Made by a program: the position numbers and the translations under genes
In this document: positions 27,432 through 32,000 of the stretch, one piece after another
Layout of the letters: the number at the start of each line of letters is the position of its first letter
How positions within the stretch are numbered: the first letter of the stretch is position 1
Assembly: GCF_000185985.2 (NCBI RefSeq)
Contig: NC_014909.2
Location: 1 to 32,000 of the forward strand
Reading direction: 5' to 3'
DNA: 32,000 nt
From: Candidatus Saccharimonadota bacterium
GTDB lineage: Bacteria > Pseudomonadota > Gammaproteobacteria > Enterobacterales > Enterobacteriaceae
Notes under the pieces: generated by a model
Seen by the model: only the letters and a program-made list of their open reading frames with translations
Told to the model about the DNA's origin: nothing
The model's database searches: none

Positions 27432-29054
27432 TTAAATGTTTTGGTAAAATAATTTAAAAATTAATAAATAGAACCCCCCACTTAATATAATAGATATAGG
27501 TATAGTTAAAGACCAAGTCATTAGGATATTTTTTATTATTTTCCATTGTACTCCTTCCCATCTATGGGTTAACATACTTCCAGTAATAGATGAGGATAAT
27601 ATATGCGTAGTAGAAACAGGCATACCAATATAACTGGCTGTACCTATAGATATAGCAGTAGTTAATTGAGCAGATAAACCTTGTGCGTAGGTCATTTTTT
27701 GTGTACCTATTTTTTCTCCTATAGTAATAGCAACGCGTTTCCATCCTATTGTTGTTCCCAAGGATAAAGATAAAGCTACTGCTACAATAATCCAGGTTGG
27801 AGCGTATTCAATGGTGTTTAGTAGGTTAATTTTTAAGTGTTTTAAGAATTTTTTGTTTTTGTTTGATATGTCTGGATGTTTGATGATTTGATCTAAGATA
27901 TCGGTTATATACATTAGTAATTGTCTAATTTGTAAGCGTTGGTTCAAATTTAGTTGTTCATAATTTTCTAAGTTTTCAAGTAAGCATAAAGAATTTTGCA
28001 TAATAGTTAAAGTTAATGAAAAATCGTAAAAGATTTTTTTTATTTGAGCTGTAGTCAGTACTGTGGATATTCGACAATTGCAATTAGATTGATGATTATG
28101 TTCATGTATTAAGTGTGTTGTAATTTTTTGAATGGATGGGTCAATAATTACCAATTGGTTTAAAGCGACAGATATAGGCATAGACATAATTTCTGAAGGA
28201 ATAATATTTTTGAAGTGATCATGGTGTTGTATATAATATCGTTGAAAATTGTTTATTGCATTTCGAGTATTAGTAATATCATTATTATTAGCATGCATAT
28301 TTAAAACAAAGCTAGCAGGAGCTACTCCTACTAAAAGCAACATAATAAATCCAATTCCTTTTTGTCCATCATTTGCACCGTGTGAAAAACTAACCCCAGC
28401 AGCAGATATAATGAGTATTATACGGATCCATAATGATGGGTGTTGTTTGCCATATAACTGTGCGTGTTTAGATGGAGTCATATGTATTTCTTGATATTTA
28501 CCGAAATTACTCCGATAGCGTAATAATAAAGACATTATTATTTTAGATAAGATTAAACCTATAATTGGAGATATTATCAAAGATAAGAAAATATGAATTA
28601 ATTGAGAAATATTTAATTCTTGATTTACTGAACAATGTGTAATAAATGCATTGGCAAATCCTATGCCAATTAATGCCCCAATTAAAGTATGAGAACTAGA
28701 TGTAGGTAATCCAAAATACCATGTGCCAAGATTCCATAATATTGCTGCGAATAGCATAGAAAAAATCATGATAAAAATATGATTAGCGTTAGTATTCATA
28801 AAAAAATAAGTAGGAAGTAAATGCACAATCGTATATGAAACACTAACTCCTCCTAACATTACTCCCAGAAAATTAAATATTCCTGACATTATAACTGCGT
28901 TACTAGAACGTAAAGCACAAGTATAAATTACAGGAACTACAGAATTAGCAGTATCATGAAATCCATTAATAGCTTCGTAGACGAAAACGAAGCATAATGC
29001 AAGTATTAATAGAACCCTGATATGTATGTCTAAATCGTAAAATAGATATGACAT
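27432..29054 (-). CDS. pitA: Low-affinity inorganic phosphate (metal-phosphate) transporter, PiT family, 540 aa
   Basis: YEAINGFHDTAN, WNLGTWYFGLPxSSSHTLIGA, FSHGANDGQKGIG, IEYAPxWII, and PVSTTHxLSSS all match E. coli PitA (499 aa). The extra length lies in the central cytoplasmic loop. Confidence 0.95.
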   Translation of the reverse strand: MSYLFYDLDIHIRVLLILALCFVFVYEAINGFHDTANSVVPVIYTCALRSSNAVIMSGIFNFLGVMLGGVSVSYTIVHLLPTYFFMNTNANHIFIMIFSMLFAAILWNLGTWYFGLPTSSSHTLIGALIGIGFANAFITHCSVNQELNISQLIHIFLSLIISPIIGLILSKIIMSLLLRYRSNFGKYQEIHMTPSKHAQLYGKQHPSLWIRIILIISAAGVSFSHGANDGQKGIGFIMLLLVGVAPASFVLNMHANNNDITNTRNAINNFQRYYIQHHDHFKNIIPSEIMSMPISVALNQLVIIDPSIQKITTHLIHEHNHQSNCNCRISTVLTTAQIKKIFYDFSLTLTIMQNSLCLLENLENYEQLNLNQRLQIRQLLMYITDILDQIIKHPDISNKNKKFLKHLKINLLNTIEYAPTWIIVAVALSLSLGTTIGWKRVAITIGEKIGTQKMTYAQGLSAQLTTAISIGTASYIGMPVSTTHILSSSITGSMLTHRWEGVQWKIIKNILMTWSLTIPISIILSGGFYLLIFKLFYQNI

Positions 29055-29376
29055 AAGGAATATGCTGTATATAAAATAATCAATTTTAAAATATTAGTAT
29101 AATTAACATAAAATAAATATTTTTTCTCTAATATATTCTAGGCATATATACACATATAGTATGATATACTAGTACGTTTTCTCGTGCATAAAAATATTAT
29201 GTCTAAATTATGATTCTTTATAAAGAAATAATCTTGCATAGTAAATGCATATTTTTATGCATACATTTTTTCAAGTACAATTGTTGTAACGATAAAAATA
29301 AATGTTGTTATAATTAAATATAAATTAGTAGAAATAAAAAAAATTATATAACATCAATATAATTAGTTTTGATTAA

Positions 29377-30249
29377 ATGTTTAATCTCTTTAATATATAT
29401 AATAAAAATTATACTTTAGTTAAGTTGATGCGCATTAATCAACCTATCGGGTTTTTTTTGTTGATTTGGCCAACTTTATGGGGATTATGGATGTCAAATC
29501 GGGGTATACCTGATTTTTTTACTTTAATAATATTTATCATAGGGGCTATAATCATGCGGTCTGCTGGTTGTGTAATTAATGATTATATTGATTGTGATAT
29601 TGATATATATGTGCAACGAACTAAACATCGCCCCCTTTCTAGTAGAATAATTACAAAAAAAAAAGCATTATTAACTTTTATATATTTAATTATTTTTGCA
29701 GCAGGATTAATTTGTGTATTTGATACTTCAACTATATTATTAGCATTGTTAGCTTTGGGATTATTAATAATATATCCTTTTTTAAAAAGATATGTATATT
29801 TGCCTCAATTAATATTAGGAATTTTATTTAGTTGGCCTATTTTAATGGCGTATACTGCTACTTGTCATGTGATTGATAGTACTGCTTGGTTATTATTTTT
29901 GGTTAATACTGTTTGGACTATAATATATGATACGGAGTATTCTATGGTAGATCGAGATGATGATAAAAAAATTGGGATAAAATCTTCTGCTCTTTTATTT
30001 GGAAATATGGATAAATTAATAATAGGCATATTGCAAATAATTACTATATTTATGTTTATCTTTATTGGCTATAAAGAAAAATTACCTATTGTGTTTTATT
30101 GTTTTTCTGTATGTGGGGGGGGGTTATTATTTGTATGGCAACAAATATTAATACATCATAGAATTAAAAAAAGATATTTTAAGGCTTTTTTGAATAATAA
30201 TTATGTAGGTTTATTAGTTTTTATTGGAATAGCATTAAGTTTTATTTAA
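29377..30249 (+). CDS. ubiA: 4-hydroxybenzoate polyprenyltransferase, 290 aa
   Basis: LMRxxxPIGxxLLxWPTLWxLW, AGCVxNDYxD, YDTxYxMVDRDDDxKIGIKSxAxLFG, and FKAFxNNNYVGL match E. coli UbiA. The length is the same (290 aa). Confidence 0.95.
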   Translation: MFNLFNIYNKNYTLVKLMRINQPIGFFLLIWPTLWGLWMSNRGIPDFFTLIIFIIGAIIMRSAGCVINDYIDCDIDIYVQRTKHRPLSSRIITKKKALLTFIYLIIFAAGLICVFDTSTILLALLALGLLIIYPFLKRYVYLPQLILGILFSWPILMAYTATCHVIDSTAWLLFLVNTVWTIIYDTEYSMVDRDDDKKIGIKSSALLFGNMDKLIIGILQIITIFMFIFIGYKEKLPIVFYCFSVCGGGLLFVWQQILIHHRIKKRYFKAFLNNNYVGLLVFIGIALSFI

Positions 30250-30342
30250 ACATATATTAGATAATAAAATGCATTTTACATGAATTAAAAAATATTTTGT
30301 ATTTTATTATAATTGTTAAAACAAATACGGTGAAAATTGTTT

Positions 30343-30840
30343 TTATTTACGTTGTGATAAAAAGGATGAGTTAGTAATAGAAACATGTGTTGAATTAGTA
30401 CAATTGAAGCATAGTCCGTGCGATTCAATTATGTTGTTAGATATGACAAATCCTCTAAGTTTTGCTGTATGGTGTAATATTTCTTCAACACCCTTGATTG
30501 TTTGTTCTGTTACCTGTTTACAATGATTGCAAATAAAAAAAACAAAGTTATGAGATAATTCTAAAAAATATTTACATAACATAAATTTATTAGTAGATTC
30601 AATACGGTGAATAAATCTTTGTGCTAATAAGAAATGTAAAGCTCGATAAATAGTAGAAGGTTTTGCGTGAGGCAATGAAGATGTACGTAATAAATTTAAC
30701 AAATCGTATGCGCTAATAGATTGATGATATTGTTGAGAAATTAATCGTAATACTTCTAATCGTTGTGCAGTGAGTTTTACATGTCTGTGTTCACATATTT
30801 TTTTTATTTGTATTAAAAGCGTTTGAATATTAATGTGCAT
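30343..30840 (-). CDS. zur: Zinc uptake regulator, Fur family, 165 aa
   Basis: KICEHRHVKLTAQRLEVLRLISxxxxxISAYDLLxLLRxxxxxAKPSTIYRALxFLLxQxFIHRIESTN compares with E. coli Zur KICAQRNVRLTPQRLEVLRLMSLQDGAISAYDLLDLLREAEPQAKPPTVYRALDFLLEQGFVHKVESTN. It also has FICxxC...EAHGLCxxC-type Cys pairs. It lies near ubiA and dnaB, as zur does in E. coli. Confidence 0.85.
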   Translation of the reverse strand: MHINIQTLLIQIKKICEHRHVKLTAQRLEVLRLISQQYHQSISAYDLLNLLRTSSLPHAKPSTIYRALHFLLAQRFIHRIESTNKFMLCKYFLELSHNFVFFICNHCKQVTEQTIKGVEEILHHTAKLRGFVISNNIIESHGLCFNCTNSTHVSITNSSFLSQRK

Positions 30841-31175
30841 ACTATTATTCCTTATATGTTAATGGAAAGTACTAAATTTATTTAATAAAATTTTATTTAT
30901 TATTATACCTAAAAAAATAAAAAATATAGATTTATATTAAATAAAGAGATTAAAGCTAGAATATTATTTTAGTATATATTGTATATAATTGATGTTTTAC
31001 ATTTAGTAATAAATTATTGATTATTTTGAAAAAATATTATTTGTAATATGAAAACATGATTTTTTATTAATAATTTTGATGTAATAGACTGAAGAAAAAT
31101 ATCGAAAAAGTTCGTGTGTCATCAATTTTATATATTGAACTTCAATTTATATTGAAATTAGGATATATTTAAGAT

Positions 31176-32000
31176 ATGTGTATGTCTAATCGAAATAAGC
31201 ATGTTAGTGATGTTAAAATTTTGCCATATTCATTAGAAGCTGAGCAATCAGTTTTAGGTAGTTTGATGTTAGATAATGAACAATGGGAGTATATATCAAC
31301 ACAAATCACTTCTAATGATTTTTATAATCCAGCCCATCGAATAATTTTTTCTGAAATTCAACGTTTGTTAGAAATCAATAAACCTATTGATTTAATAACA
31401 TTATCTGAATCTTTAGAAATACGAGGAAAATTAGAATTAGTAGGAGGATTTGGATATTTAGCTGAATTGTCGAAAAATGTACCTAGTGTATCTAATATAC
31501 ATGAGTATGCGCATATAATTAAAGAACGTTCAATAACTCGATCAGTTATCACTACTGCTCATAGAATAGCTGATGCTGGATATAATACTAAAGGTAGAAA
31601 TAGTGACGAATTATTAGATTTTGTTGAGTCTCTTGTTTTTGAAATTGCACATCATAAACATCATGATAATAAACATTTGAAAAGTATAGATTATATTTTA
31701 TCAGATGCTGTTTCTTATATTGAAAAATCATGTAGAAATGCTAGGTTTGGTATTACTGGTATTTCTAGTGGATATAGAGATTTAGATAAAAAAACTGATG
31801 GATTACATCAGTCTGATTTAATTGTTATTGCAGCTCGTCCTTCTATGGGAAAAACTGCGTTTGCTATGAATTTGTGTGAGCATGTAGCAATGAATGAGAT
31901 AAAACCAGTGTTAATATTTAGTTTAGAAATGCCTGGAGATCAAATAGTAATGAGAATGTTATCTTCTTTATCTAGAGTAGATTATATGAATATAAGAACG
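31176..32000 (+). CDS. dnaB: Replicative DNA helicase DnaB, N-terminal 275 codons, continuing beyond the window end
   Basis: Manual translation gives MCMSNRNKHVSDVKILPYSLEAEQSVLGSLMLDNEQWE...PIDLITLSESLE...GGFGYLAELSKN...DLIVIAARPSMGKTAFAMNL...PVLIFSLEMP, which matches E. coli DnaB including Walker A. An alternative in-frame ATG is at 31182. It is not in the ORF track because it runs off the window. Confidence 0.95.
   Translation, partial: MCMSNRNKHVSDVKILPYSLEAEQSVLGSLMLDNEQWEYISTQITSNDFYNPAHRIIFSEIQRLLEINKPIDLITLSESLEIRGKLELVGGFGYLAELSKNVPSVSNIHEYAHIIKERSITRSVITTAHRIADAGYNTKGRNSDELLDFVESLVFEIAHHKHHDNKHLKSIDYILSDAVSYIEKSCRNARFGITGISSGYRDLDKKTDGLHQSDLIVIAARPSMGKTAFAMNLCEHVAMNEIKPVLIFSLEMPGDQIVMRMLSSLSRVDYMNIRT

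Noticed and set aside
28249-28494. An 81-aa plus-strand ORF. A 60-aa minus-strand ORF at 27562-27744 is similar.
   Set aside because: Both are nested in pitA, one antisense and one in an alternative frame. pitA is conserved end to end, and neither ORF has an SD or family resemblance.
29299-29320. The Zur-box-like sequence aaatgttgttataattaaata in the pitA/ubiA spacer
   Set aside because: It matches only one half-site of the 23-bp Zur palindrome, and only with an inserted base. Such a match is easily produced by AT-rich composition.
31123-31156. The direct repeat caatttTAtatattgaa / caatttatattgaa, spaced ~20 bp apart, just upstream of dnaB
   Set aside because: The copies are imperfect with indels and are low-complexity A/T sequence. 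It may overlap the dnaB promoter, but nothing distinguishes it from chance.

Overview
The window is very AT-rich (roughly 70-75% A+T by eye, not computed), gene-dense, and uses the standard code (TGA/TAA stops, TGG Trp). I found no rRNA, tRNA, CRISPR, IS or phage genes.

The content is 27 housekeeping genes in an order that is a collapsed version of the E. coli 83-84 min oriC-proximal region plus a few other blocks: mnmG(gidA), atpBEFHAGDC, glmU, then on the minus strand mnmE, yidC, yidD, rnpA, rpmH, then dnaN, gyrB, ibpA, a permease (-), glyQ, glyS, sodA (-), prlC, pitA (-), ubiA, zur (-), and dnaB (truncated at the window end). All proteins align nearly end to end with their E. coli orthologues as I recall them.

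This is the signature of a reduced-genome Enterobacterales insect endosymbiont. The start at the mnmG ATG, the composition and the missing dnaA fit 'Candidatus Blochmannia', with Wigglesworthia as the other known dnaA-less lineage. That identification is inference, not a search result.

I see no accessory or defence island. Things worth a second look:
- a perfect 63-bp inverted repeat (130-nt hairpin) that begins inside the last codons of ibpA;
- yidD reads in frame into yidC with no stop, predicting a YidD-YidC fusion;
- dnaA is absent from the rpmH/dnaN junction and recF from the dnaN/gyrB junction;
- rsmG and atpI are absent between mnmG and atpB;
- ubiA carries in-frame A10 and G9 homopolymers;
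- the PitA cytoplasmic loop has an expanded His/Cys cluster, and the regulator Zur is retained nearby.

rpmH (46 aa) is real but missing from the supplied ORF track.
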